From positions 1 to 64,000 of IMG/VR virus record IMGVR_UViG_3300043666_000001: 64,000 bases of DNA. One strand, 5' to 3'. Position 1 is the stretch's first letter. Each line of letters starts with the position of its first letter. This document shows, piece by piece, positions 55,963 to 64,000 of this stretch. The position numbers were made by a program, and so were the translations under genes. The notes beneath the pieces were generated by a model. It searched no databases, had not been told where the DNA came from, and saw nothing but the letters and a program-made list of their open reading frames with translations. The stretch is from a virus (taxonomy: Duplodnaviria; Caudoviricetes).

Positions 55963-56846
55963 CGTTGACATACTGGACACCAAAACATGTTTCGTCCAGC
56001 TTTATCTTTTTCTTTAATGAGGGAATGCCTTAGTGGGCAATGGGTTTTCCCATAGACGTTTAGATGGTATTGGAATCTGCCCATCTCACCATCAGGATTG
56101 CGCCAAGTGTGAATGGTACAGCCCCCAGCTGAATATGCTGCATGGGCGGTGCTCGAGATAGATTTAAACAGCCTTTCAAGCTGAAAGCTACTCAGCTTAG
56201 GATAGGTGGTCGAAGGACGTATCTCGGCGCGGTAGAGAATCTCTGATGCTAGGTAATTTCCAATACCACTGATGATGGATTGGTCCATTATTAGCTCCCG
56301 GATGGTCTTCCAATCCCGCCGGGTCTTCAGCTTATTACTAGCGCGATTGTTGAATGAAGTCCACAGGTCTTCCCAGCATGAGGTCAAGACATCAGCGCCA
56401 AGGTTTCGCAGTTTCTCTCCGTGCCCCTCACAATTCAACAATGCAAGTGTACCAAACTTCCTGGCGTCATAGTAGATTGAGCTTTCACCACCTTGTGTGG
56501 TTATCTCCCACGCATCATGGGGCAAATGCACCACACTCTCATGATTCCTACGCCACCCACCACTCATGCCATGAGTTATATGTAGGTATCTATCCACTAC
56601 TGCACGCATTGGGGCAACCTGGCTTGCGTGGAGATAAAACCACATAAGCTTACCCTTGGTGCCAACCTCAACTATCCGGAAATTACGGATAGTTGTAACT
56701 AGGTCGCGTAAGGAATAGTTGAGGGGGTCTAAGCCATTCAAATCATAGCGACTATGTGGGTGAAACACCATAGAGGACAGTGATTTGCCGACCAATCTCT
56801 CCCTTAGCCATTGGGCATTTATAGCAATCTCATCAACCTCAGGCAT
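55959..56846 (-). CDS. Fpg/Nei-family DNA glycosylase/AP lyase
   Basis: N-terminal MPEVDEI, TKGKLMW, HGMSG, H2TH IMDQSIISGIGNYLASEILYRA, C-terminal WCPVCQR zinc finger. Confidence 0.9.
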   Translation of the reverse strand: MPEVDEIAINAQWLRERLVGKSLSSMVFHPHSRYDLNGLDPLNYSLRDLVTTIRNFRIVEVGTKGKLMWFYLHASQVAPMRAVVDRYLHITHGMSGGWRRNHESVVHLPHDAWEITTQGGESSIYYDARKFGTLALLNCEGHGEKLRNLGADVLTSCWEDLWTSFNNRASNKLKTRRDWKTIRELIMDQSIISGIGNYLASEILYRAEIRPSTTYPKLSSFQLERLFKSISSTAHAAYSAGGCTIHTWRNPDGEMGRFQYHLNVYGKTHCPLRHSLIKEKDKAGRNMFWCPVCQR

Positions 56847-57489
56847 GACACTTCCCTCTATGCCAAGTGTTCAAGACGCACCATTCCCCACCATCAAGGT
56901 AGTAACCACACCTCGAGGGACTCCGACAACTGCGACATCGATACTCAGGCACAATCGGATAACACCCCGCATAACAAGCCCAACTATCACATCCCACGCA
57001 GTAATGGGATGCACGGGTTTTGCCACACTGCTCACACTCATATGGTCCAGGGTTACTCATCTACCTTTCCCTCATCATAGATGGAGCACTTGCTATCGTA
57101 AAGGCAGGTGACACAGATTGCATCACCACACTCCTCACACTCACGATACACAGTCTCACTGGTGTTATTGCAGTGTTCACAATAATCACCATTCTCAATG
57201 ATGTCTATCTTGCGATTCGCTTGACGAAGGAGTGACTCTGCCTTTAGAGCCCTTGCTTTCCAATTCTCTCTAGTCATTACTCTTGCCTCGAGGTGTATCT
57301 GAACCTAAAGGGCAACTCATTCGAGTCACACGCTTCTACCATTATATATATGAAGCCATCATGTCCAGAAAAAGGAACCAATCCATATTGGTGCATTCTC
57401 CACTCCCTAGTGGCATTTACCGGAGAATCTGCCAAGATTTGGATTGGCACTGGAGGATATGTGTAGTCTTGCCACACGTTGTATTTCAC
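56839..57489 (-). other. Three small CDS (56839-57060 Cys-rich, 57053-57277 Zn-finger, 57277-57489)
   Basis: Overlapping junctions; several CxxC pairs. Confidence 0.55.
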
Positions 57490-58496
57490 TCCTCACCCAC
57501 CATTTTAATATAGAATGCCCGGTAGCGATAGAAGTCTTCGCTGACATTGTTCCAAGAGCGAGGTTTTGTGAGCTGCTGGACCTTATCAAGCACTTCTTGA
57601 TAGCTGGGGGTACCAGGCATTCCAAGGATGTGAGACACCTCCCAAAACCGCCTGTACCAGTCATCAGCCCATGCCTTGTTGGTCTTGAGGTTCGATTCAA
57701 GGATATGTACCTGAGCAGCAAACTCATCACGTTTTGCGATGGCTTCATTATCTATCCACTTTTTAGCCTCAGCTTCGGCCTCTTCTTGATTCTTTAGGGC
57801 AGAGGAATAGTTAGCGCTGAGGTTATTAACCTTCTTCTGGAGCTCAATGTTCTCTTTCTCAGTCTGCGCCAATGTGTGTTTGACCTCCTCTAATGCACGA
57901 GAAATGCCAACACCACTCAATGCCTCACCATTTTTCACATCATTCTTGATGGAATTTAGCTCAGCCTTTGCTTTATATGCCTCATCCTCAAGTTCCTCTA
58001 TCTTGAGGTTTTTAGCTAGGATAGAAGCCTCCAGTTCAGCAATTCGCGCAAGATGACCCTCATATACCTCTTGCTGAATACTGGATTTTAGCACCTTCAC
58101 CTCCTCCAGGAGGGCATGCTTTTCCACATCCAACATTGCAATGCTCTTATCTTGAGCTGCCCGCAAAGTGCGCAAGGATTCAAGCTCAGCCATAATCACC
58201 TTTGCCCAACTAAGCACCTCGCTTGCTGAATTGGTAAAGATACCGGGGCGCAACACCTTCCCAAGTTCCCAGAATTTCTCATGGAACTCCGCGCGCCAGA
58301 GAAGGTCTCTATTGCTCCTTTCAAGGTCATAAACCTGGTTTACAATTTCCTGCAGTTCTTTATTTAGACTCATGTTTTCTTCCTTTACCTGAGGCCAGTA
58401 TGTATCTTTGGCACACTCTTGGCATATCTTATTGGAGATCCAAATGTCCGACATCCCACAAAAATAGTTGATGCAATAACCATTGCTATTCTTCAT
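57486..58496 (-). CDS. Long coiled-coil protein
   Basis: 336 aa; repeated motif EKFWELGKVL..../RRFWEVSHIL....EVL. Confidence 0.6.
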   Translation of the reverse strand: MKNSNGYCINYFCGMSDIWISNKICQECAKDTYWPQVKEENMSLNKELQEIVNQVYDLERSNRDLLWRAEFHEKFWELGKVLRPGIFTNSASEVLSWAKVIMAELESLRTLRAAQDKSIAMLDVEKHALLEEVKVLKSSIQQEVYEGHLARIAELEASILAKNLKIEELEDEAYKAKAELNSIKNDVKNGEALSGVGISRALEEVKHTLAQTEKENIELQKKVNNLSANYSSALKNQEEAEAEAKKWIDNEAIAKRDEFAAQVHILESNLKTNKAWADDWYRRFWEVSHILGMPGTPSYQEVLDKVQQLTKPRSWNNVSEDFYRYRAFYIKMVGEE

Positions 58497-58499
58497 ATC

Positions 58500-59633
58500 T
58501 CACATCCATGCGGATGGTGGGCAAAACTCAATAAGTTTATCAATTGGTAGACTATTAACCCAATCTCTAGCAGAGGCAACCTTTTTCCCATGCTTAGCAA
58601 ATAGGAATGCCGGATATTTGGTCAATACTGCTTGAGCGGCGAACTCCTTTTGCGTATCAGGAGTGTAGTTTATCATGATGTACTCATAGAGAAAGTCAAG
58701 TTCCTCGATAAGCCCGTCCAGGCATTTCCTGGCTTTAGCCACACTGTCGGCAAACTCAGGGAATGCAAGGCCAACCTCGGCGGTCTCCCCCTTCCTTGCA
58801 ATTTCCAGGAACGCCTTGTGGCCCAAGCCATCCTTTGCATGGTGCAAGGCCACATACCCCGGGTGCTTAATCTTGACGCGAGAGAAGGAACCATCTACAA
58901 CCACATAGCCCTCATTCTGCAACCCAGAGAGAGTCTCAAAGGTTGAGATGCACTCATCAAAGCTGGAAAGGGGGAATTCCTTCACCACATCAACCCCCAT
59001 GATGTCCCCCATCATCTCCACATCTACCCGCTCAATCTCCCCATAGTCGAGGCCCCACCGCACCGTTGGCTCTACCTTATTGAACACAGTTAGGAGCGTG
59101 AGTTTTGCAATATCATGTGGCACCACCACACGATTCAGTGGGCCGGTTAGTTCAAATACATAGCAAAACTCTTTCGCACGCCCTGTCAAGTCCCTATCAC
59201 CCCACACACTCCAGAAATACTCCGCGAAGGTCTGTTCACCACCATTCACCACGCCACTAGCATCGGGGGTACCACTGGTCGCCACATGCCACTGTAACTT
59301 GTAGTGATAGAGCACACATAGGCTGCCATCAAGCTTCTCCTGCACCCTTGCACTCCTCCAGTTAATCTCTGGGCAATACCCCTCACCAAGATTACCAAAC
59401 TTATCAAAACCCCTTGAGATTACCCTCCAGTCATCTTGCTCGTCCAAGATGACTCCTCGACATTCACGCACCATGGGGTCCATAAACGGGCTGGTTATTT
59501 GATTGTACTTGAATAATACAAGGTTAGGGTGCCCACCATGACGCTTGGCTCGGATGCCGTACTCAGCCTCCAGTTTAGCAATTGCCCCATCCCCATGTAC
59601 ACGCAAAAATCCCTGCAAAAGCATCTCGCTCAT
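58500..59633 (-). CDS. RNA ligase, T4 Rnl1-like
   Basis: ECRGVILD, ISRGFDKFGN, motif I VQEKLDGSL, FELTGPLN, EGYVVVD, RVKIKHPGYV. Confidence 0.88.
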   Translation of the reverse strand: MSEMLLQGFLRVHGDGAIAKLEAEYGIRAKRHGGHPNLVLFKYNQITSPFMDPMVRECRGVILDEQDDWRVISRGFDKFGNLGEGYCPEINWRSARVQEKLDGSLCVLYHYKLQWHVATSGTPDASGVVNGGEQTFAEYFWSVWGDRDLTGRAKEFCYVFELTGPLNRVVVPHDIAKLTLLTVFNKVEPTVRWGLDYGEIERVDVEMMGDIMGVDVVKEFPLSSFDECISTFETLSGLQNEGYVVVDGSFSRVKIKHPGYVALHHAKDGLGHKAFLEIARKGETAEVGLAFPEFADSVAKARKCLDGLIEELDFLYEYIMINYTPDTQKEFAAQAVLTKYPAFLFAKHGKKVASARDWVNSLPIDKLIEFCPPSAWM

Positions 59634-59639
59634 GCAGGG

Positions 59640-59667
59640 ATAATACTACTTAAAAGATAGATGTCAA
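59640..59667 (-). promoter_or_regulatory. Sigma70-type promoter of the RNA ligase, leaderless ATG at 59633
   Basis: TTGACA-N16-TATTAT, 6 nt, ATG. Confidence 0.75.
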
Positions 59668-59668
59668 G

Positions 59669-60004
59669 TCACTTTTTCTTGGCTTTTGCCATCGCTACAG
59701 CTTTGAACCCATCCCTCGCCGCGTTGGAGACCTCAAGCTCATGCTTTAGGTGAGCTATCTCACTCTTCAGCTTAGCAATCTCAATCTCCTCAGGGGATTG
59801 CCTGTTTGCGGTCTCCTCTTTTTCCATCAGCCACTCAATGGCGTACGCTGCAATGGCCTCAATATCCTCCTTTTCAACGTCCTCAACATCTTGCTGAAGG
59901 ATGTTGGTGATGGCAATTTTATACCATTCATCCCCCATATCCACACAATAATCCACCAACCCTTTAACTCGTTCAATAATCTCATCCATGAGATGTTCCC
60001 TCAA
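59669..60004 (-). CDS. Hypothetical acidic/coiled-coil protein
   Basis: 111 aa. Confidence 0.55.
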   Translation of the reverse strand: MREHLMDEIIERVKGLVDYCVDMGDEWYKIAITNILQQDVEDVEKEDIEAIAAYAIEWLMEKEETANRQSPEEIEIAKLKSEIAHLKHELEVSNAARDGFKAVAMAKAKKK

Positions 60005-63000
60005 GTATATCCCAAAAAGATACCATTTATCTCCGCTGGCTCACTGACCAATGGTACAACATTGATAGTGATATGTCCACTCACATTCCATACCAAATAT
60101 TTCCCCTGGTCGAAACTTGCTAGGTTACGTTGGTCAAGGATTACACCACTTATGGCATCCTTTATCTCAACCCTTATTTGATTGCTGGTGCTATTCCAGG
60201 CCACAAAGTATAGCGCGAGCTGACGAAGTGACCCATCCACAATATTCATATCCATGGTTGTGGTGCCAAAGAAGAATGTGGGATATGTGATCTGGTTGTA
60301 CCACCTTGCAAGCTCACGTGTGGTGGACTCATGTGCAGGGAGCTGCAATGCACGAGCATCACTGCTGCCACTTGCCAAGAGAGTCTGTATATTTGTATGA
60401 ACATCAAATATTACATTCTCACCAAGATTGTTGGTATCACCCGCGATGAAGTTGCCTCTTTTACCATAGAGTGGTTTCCATGCCCCCTGGCTGGTGGTGT
60501 CAACGCGCACATATTCACAGGTTGCAGCTAGTGGCGTCGCGAATGCCTCTTCACTTTTAGCCCCCTCACCCACCTCATTTATAGCGGTAACCCTGTAGCT
60601 GCACATGCTCCCAACTGGGGGCTCATAATCCCTGTAGTTTGGCTTATGCAAATCATAAACCACAATGGTCTCTGCCTGCCAATCAATCCTACGATAGACA
60701 CGGTAGGAGTCTGTTACCCCAAAGGGCCCCAACCATTTCAGTTGAACAAACCCATTGTCACTTGTGGCAGTTAGATTTACTGGAATCCCCGGCCAATTAG
60801 CAGTGTCACGACTGGGGGTCCAGCGATAAAGTGGCAGTTTACTCTTATATCCACTGGACTCAAATGCTAGCAGATACTCCCCTGTACTTGTTTTGAAGCT
60901 TCGGGCACTGTCTGGGTCTGTAAAAGCAACGGTGCCATTCACCTCAGCCCCTGGACACAATCGAGTGAATGGATTCCCAGTTAGAGCATCATAGACATGG
61001 ATTTGTCCAAACTCTTCCCAGAAGAATACATAATCCCCCGCGACATGAAAGCTCTTGAATGCAAATAAGCTTGGGTCATTGTTGCTCCACGCGGGTTGAG
61101 TATACCAGTTGTTATCCGTTGTGAGGTTTGGTAGGGAGACTACATACCTAGGCACAGGATTGGAGTTTTTGACCACACTCCAATTATCATACCTCGCAAA
61201 CACTGCGCCAGCGAAAAAGTTGACCTCTGTGCTGGTGTTGCCACTGAGGTACATGATGTCACTAATTGAGTCATAGCAAATTCTGTACCCATTCGCGGTG
61301 CTGCTGAATTTGTTGGTGAAGGGAGCCGGGAGGGGAGTGAACTCATACCCACTTACAAGATTGTAGATGGGGTATCCAGTTGTACCAATCCCCAGGCATG
61401 TGAGGTGCATAATACCACCAGACATAAGCCAGTAGATATCCCCATTTTGGGCCACATCATAAGCCATAGAGGGAACACTTCCCGTAGCTCCCAGTGGGCT
61501 TGGGATGTGGGTGTCCTCAGTTAATGGCTGCTCAACCCCATCTCCATTCAAGTCTAGCCACAGAACTGTCATCCCTGGGGGGCTTGCGTTGGGCACAGTG
61601 CGAAGTGCACCACACAATATACTTGTCTCCCCTAACCCCTGGTCATCAAAGCGGTAAAAGGAGATATCATTTGGGCTATTACCCAAACTCATGAACAGAA
61701 ACTTCTGACCATGTATCCGGCGCATAATGGGCTGCGCGGATTGGAAGGGGCGCGGGTCTGTTGGGTGCAGAAAGGGGTTACGAGTGAACCCCTTGTACCC
61801 CCACTCACCCCCAGGGGTTGTCTGCGTCAAGTCCAGGGTGTGATGCAGGCGCATGGAGTACAGGTCCGCGCCATCGGTGGAGGGGTCAAAGTCGGGGCAC
61901 CCAAACCCATCCTCATTAGCGTGCAATTGCCAGATAAGGTTTCCTTGGGAGTCAAACTTCCTCAGGTCTGTACCAGCCTGGTCACACGCGACGTAAATAC
62001 TCCCCTGTTGGTCAATCCCAACCCCCACAAGTGAATAGAACCTTTGCCATCCACCGAAGTTGGCATCGTGGATTGCCCCAGGGGTTCCCCCACTGTAAAT
62101 ACCAAACCTTTGCCCAAAGGTGTGATGTAGTGCTGGAGTGGAGGACAGGTTTCCATACACACGGATGTTTTGGTCAGGGCCATTCTCAGTCACATATAGA
62201 AGGTCATTATTAGGGTCAATACACAGGCTTGTGGGCATGACCATATCTGCAATAGACTTGGTGCTATCAACCCCCAGCTTGGAGTATTTGAATACCCCAG
62301 TAGCAAGGGTGGGGGCAGTTTGGTGGAAGAATGGGCTGGTCCACCCCTCTTGAATAATCCACAGGTCCCCACGGATATCCACGGCTATAGGCCCGGGGCG
62401 CTGTTGAGTGAAACTAAATGCCCTCCCGGGCAATTCTGCATCAGTGTTGGTATCAACAACCAACACGCGGTTGTTGCTTAGGTCACTTATATATAGCTCA
62501 TGAGTTGCGGTGGCACTCAACGCCATGCCAGTGATATTGGTACCAATGGTGTTAGTGAACGTTACGTTCTTTATCCAGTTCCCCTGTTTATCGACCTTGC
62601 TTAGCCGCTTGTTCCCTACAACCCCGCACCAAACATAGCTATAGCTGGAGTTGCCCACAACCCCACCCTCAACGGTTGGGTTATTCCCAAAATGGTCGTT
62701 ATCCGAAAGGGTGCGGACTATGCGACCATCCTTGTAGATTTTGCAAGCATCACCATTCTCGTCATAGCTTGCTCCCGTCCAACAGGTGCCATCCAAATCA
62801 ACCCATAGGCACTGGATGTAGAGGGAGACGTGACCATCGTCAAAAAGCCCGTCACTGCCCGCTGAGGCCTGGGAAAAGGTATTCCCAACCCAGGTGGTGA
62901 GCATCCCCGGTTCACGTGGTTCCCCGATGTAGATGTTGTCAAACACGGCGGTGGAGAGAGTGTCTTGGGTATTGCTGGTTACATACATGCCCGCATATAC

Positions 63001-63582
63001 CACCCCGGGCATGTTGAATTTACTCCCAAGTGGAATTGGAATCCAAATGCTCCCATCCCTGCTCCAGTATGCGCCTACATCACCCCCGATACGGGACAGT
63101 TTAAACCAAAGTGGATTTGGCTCTGGGTTTGGTTGTGCACTAGCGATGCGCGCAAGGGACCTTTGCCCTACACCAAGATATCCACCAACGGTCCGGCATA
63201 GACCTTGAATAACTCCACGTTTTGGAGTGTTATTATCTGACTGAGGGGAGTAGTAAACCGTCACACTCCGAGGGGATGGGCCCAAATCCTCCCTCACACT
63301 TACTCCAACTTGAGTCAAGGCACCCATGGTATACGCGTTAGGAACCCTGCACACCATCTCAAAATCACCAATAAATGGGCGATGGATGTACTGAAACTGG
63401 TCCTCACTGTAGTCATTCGCGTTGGGGCCATGGAACCTACTAACCTGTCCAATCCCACTACCTGTGATGTTGACACTGGCTGGGGGACCGTCAAAAGTAT
63501 AGGTCCCCATAAGACTTGGGGCTCCGACCTGTGTCTGCAGCCACTCTTGTGGCTGGAATGTATCAACTGGCAATTGTGGCAT
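60001..63582 (-). CDS. 1193-aa multidomain protein: ConA-like domain, NHL/beta-propeller, FN3, C-terminal beta-sandwich
   Basis: DQFQYIHRPFIGDFEMVCRV...WFKLSRIGG; NHL-like LYISDLSNNRVLV, PGPIAVD; FN3 PVNLTATSDNGFVQLKW...YRVTAINEVGEG. Confidence 0.7.
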   Translation of the reverse strand: MPQLPVDTFQPQEWLQTQVGAPSLMGTYTFDGPPASVNITGSGIGQVSRFHGPNANDYSEDQFQYIHRPFIGDFEMVCRVPNAYTMGALTQVGVSVREDLGPSPRSVTVYYSPQSDNNTPKRGVIQGLCRTVGGYLGVGQRSLARIASAQPNPEPNPLWFKLSRIGGDVGAYWSRDGSIWIPIPLGSKFNMPGVVYAGMYVTSNTQDTLSTAVFDNIYIGEPREPGMLTTWVGNTFSQASAGSDGLFDDGHVSLYIQCLWVDLDGTCWTGASYDENGDACKIYKDGRIVRTLSDNDHFGNNPTVEGGVVGNSSYSYVWCGVVGNKRLSKVDKQGNWIKNVTFTNTIGTNITGMALSATATHELYISDLSNNRVLVVDTNTDAELPGRAFSFTQQRPGPIAVDIRGDLWIIQEGWTSPFFHQTAPTLATGVFKYSKLGVDSTKSIADMVMPTSLCIDPNNDLLYVTENGPDQNIRVYGNLSSTPALHHTFGQRFGIYSGGTPGAIHDANFGGWQRFYSLVGVGIDQQGSIYVACDQAGTDLRKFDSQGNLIWQLHANEDGFGCPDFDPSTDGADLYSMRLHHTLDLTQTTPGGEWGYKGFTRNPFLHPTDPRPFQSAQPIMRRIHGQKFLFMSLGNSPNDISFYRFDDQGLGETSILCGALRTVPNASPPGMTVLWLDLNGDGVEQPLTEDTHIPSPLGATGSVPSMAYDVAQNGDIYWLMSGGIMHLTCLGIGTTGYPIYNLVSGYEFTPLPAPFTNKFSSTANGYRICYDSISDIMYLSGNTSTEVNFFAGAVFARYDNWSVVKNSNPVPRYVVSLPNLTTDNNWYTQPAWSNNDPSLFAFKSFHVAGDYVFFWEEFGQIHVYDALTGNPFTRLCPGAEVNGTVAFTDPDSARSFKTSTGEYLLAFESSGYKSKLPLYRWTPSRDTANWPGIPVNLTATSDNGFVQLKWLGPFGVTDSYRVYRRIDWQAETIVVYDLHKPNYRDYEPPVGSMCSYRVTAINEVGEGAKSEEAFATPLAATCEYVRVDTTSQGAWKPLYGKRGNFIAGDTNNLGENVIFDVHTNIQTLLASGSSDARALQLPAHESTTRELARWYNQITYPTFFFGTTTMDMNIVDGSLRQLALYFVAWNSTSNQIRVEIKDAISGVILDQRNLASFDQGKYLVWNVSGHITINVVPLVSEPAEINGIFLGYT

Positions 63583-63585
63583 AAT

Positions 63586-63993
63586 CTAAGTCCTTATTTT
63601 TCCAAGGTATTCAAAAGAGACAGAATCATTATCAGAGAATTCTAACCGAGTGAGTCTTCCACCCTTATATTGTAAGTCTAGATGTGACTCGTGTGGGTGA
63701 ATTATATTTAAGTCAAGGTCACGCCATTCTAGCAATTCTTTTATGGGAGGGTGTGGGGATACAATAAATTCAAATCCATAGACAAATACATATTGTATAG
63801 TGTCTTCAATCCCATCTCGAGACCACTTCCCGTCACGGCCCACAGGGGCTAGAAGCCACCCATTCATTGCAATGAATACATCTGTTCTATATTCAGGCAG
63901 AATACTGGATGGCTTGGGTGTTTCAACTGGGTCAACTGGAAAGACAGTTACCCTTCCAGGAAATAACTTATCCCTTGCCTCTTTATCAAGCAT
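63586..63993 (-). CDS. Hypothetical protein
   Basis: 135 aa; stop abuts the start of the large gene. Confidence 0.5.
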   Translation of the reverse strand: MLDKEARDKLFPGRVTVFPVDPVETPKPSSILPEYRTDVFIAMNGWLLAPVGRDGKWSRDGIEDTIQYVFVYGFEFIVSPHPPIKELLEWRDLDLNIIHPHESHLDLQYKGGRLTRLEFSDNDSVSFEYLGKIRT

Positions 63994-64000
63994 CTCAGGA

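Overview
The window is most or all of a tailed dsDNA bacteriophage genome with a contractile tail and Mu-like baseplate. Layout: a + strand early/recombination arm (1-12068) with a small tRNA/ncRNA cluster; a long - strand late operon (44150 down to 12137: small terminase, tRNA cluster with HNH, large terminase, portal, scaffold, capsid, neck, sheath/tube, chaperones, tape measure, baseplate, fibres, lysis); a + strand island of tiny promoter-driven genes (44493-47330); and a - strand accessory arm (47437-64000: vWA, ThyX, homing endonuclease, SLOG, TolB-like, Fpg/Nei, RNA ligase, a 1193-aa multidomain protein). I saw no polymerase, primase, helicase, integrase, CRISPR array or reverse transcriptase. 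The most unusual signals are (i) nine tRNA-like genes, four with remodelled anticodon arms, including a tRNA-His-like gene with a 17-nt self-pairing insert at the canonical 37/38 intron position, in a genome that also encodes an Rnl1-type RNA ligase; (ii) several structured non-tRNA RNAs in the tRNA clusters; and (iii) about 14 sigma70-type promoters that place the transcription start on the ATG (leaderless mRNAs), several sharing an ATCTACCAA-like motif. All protein calls come from motifs read by eye, not database searches.
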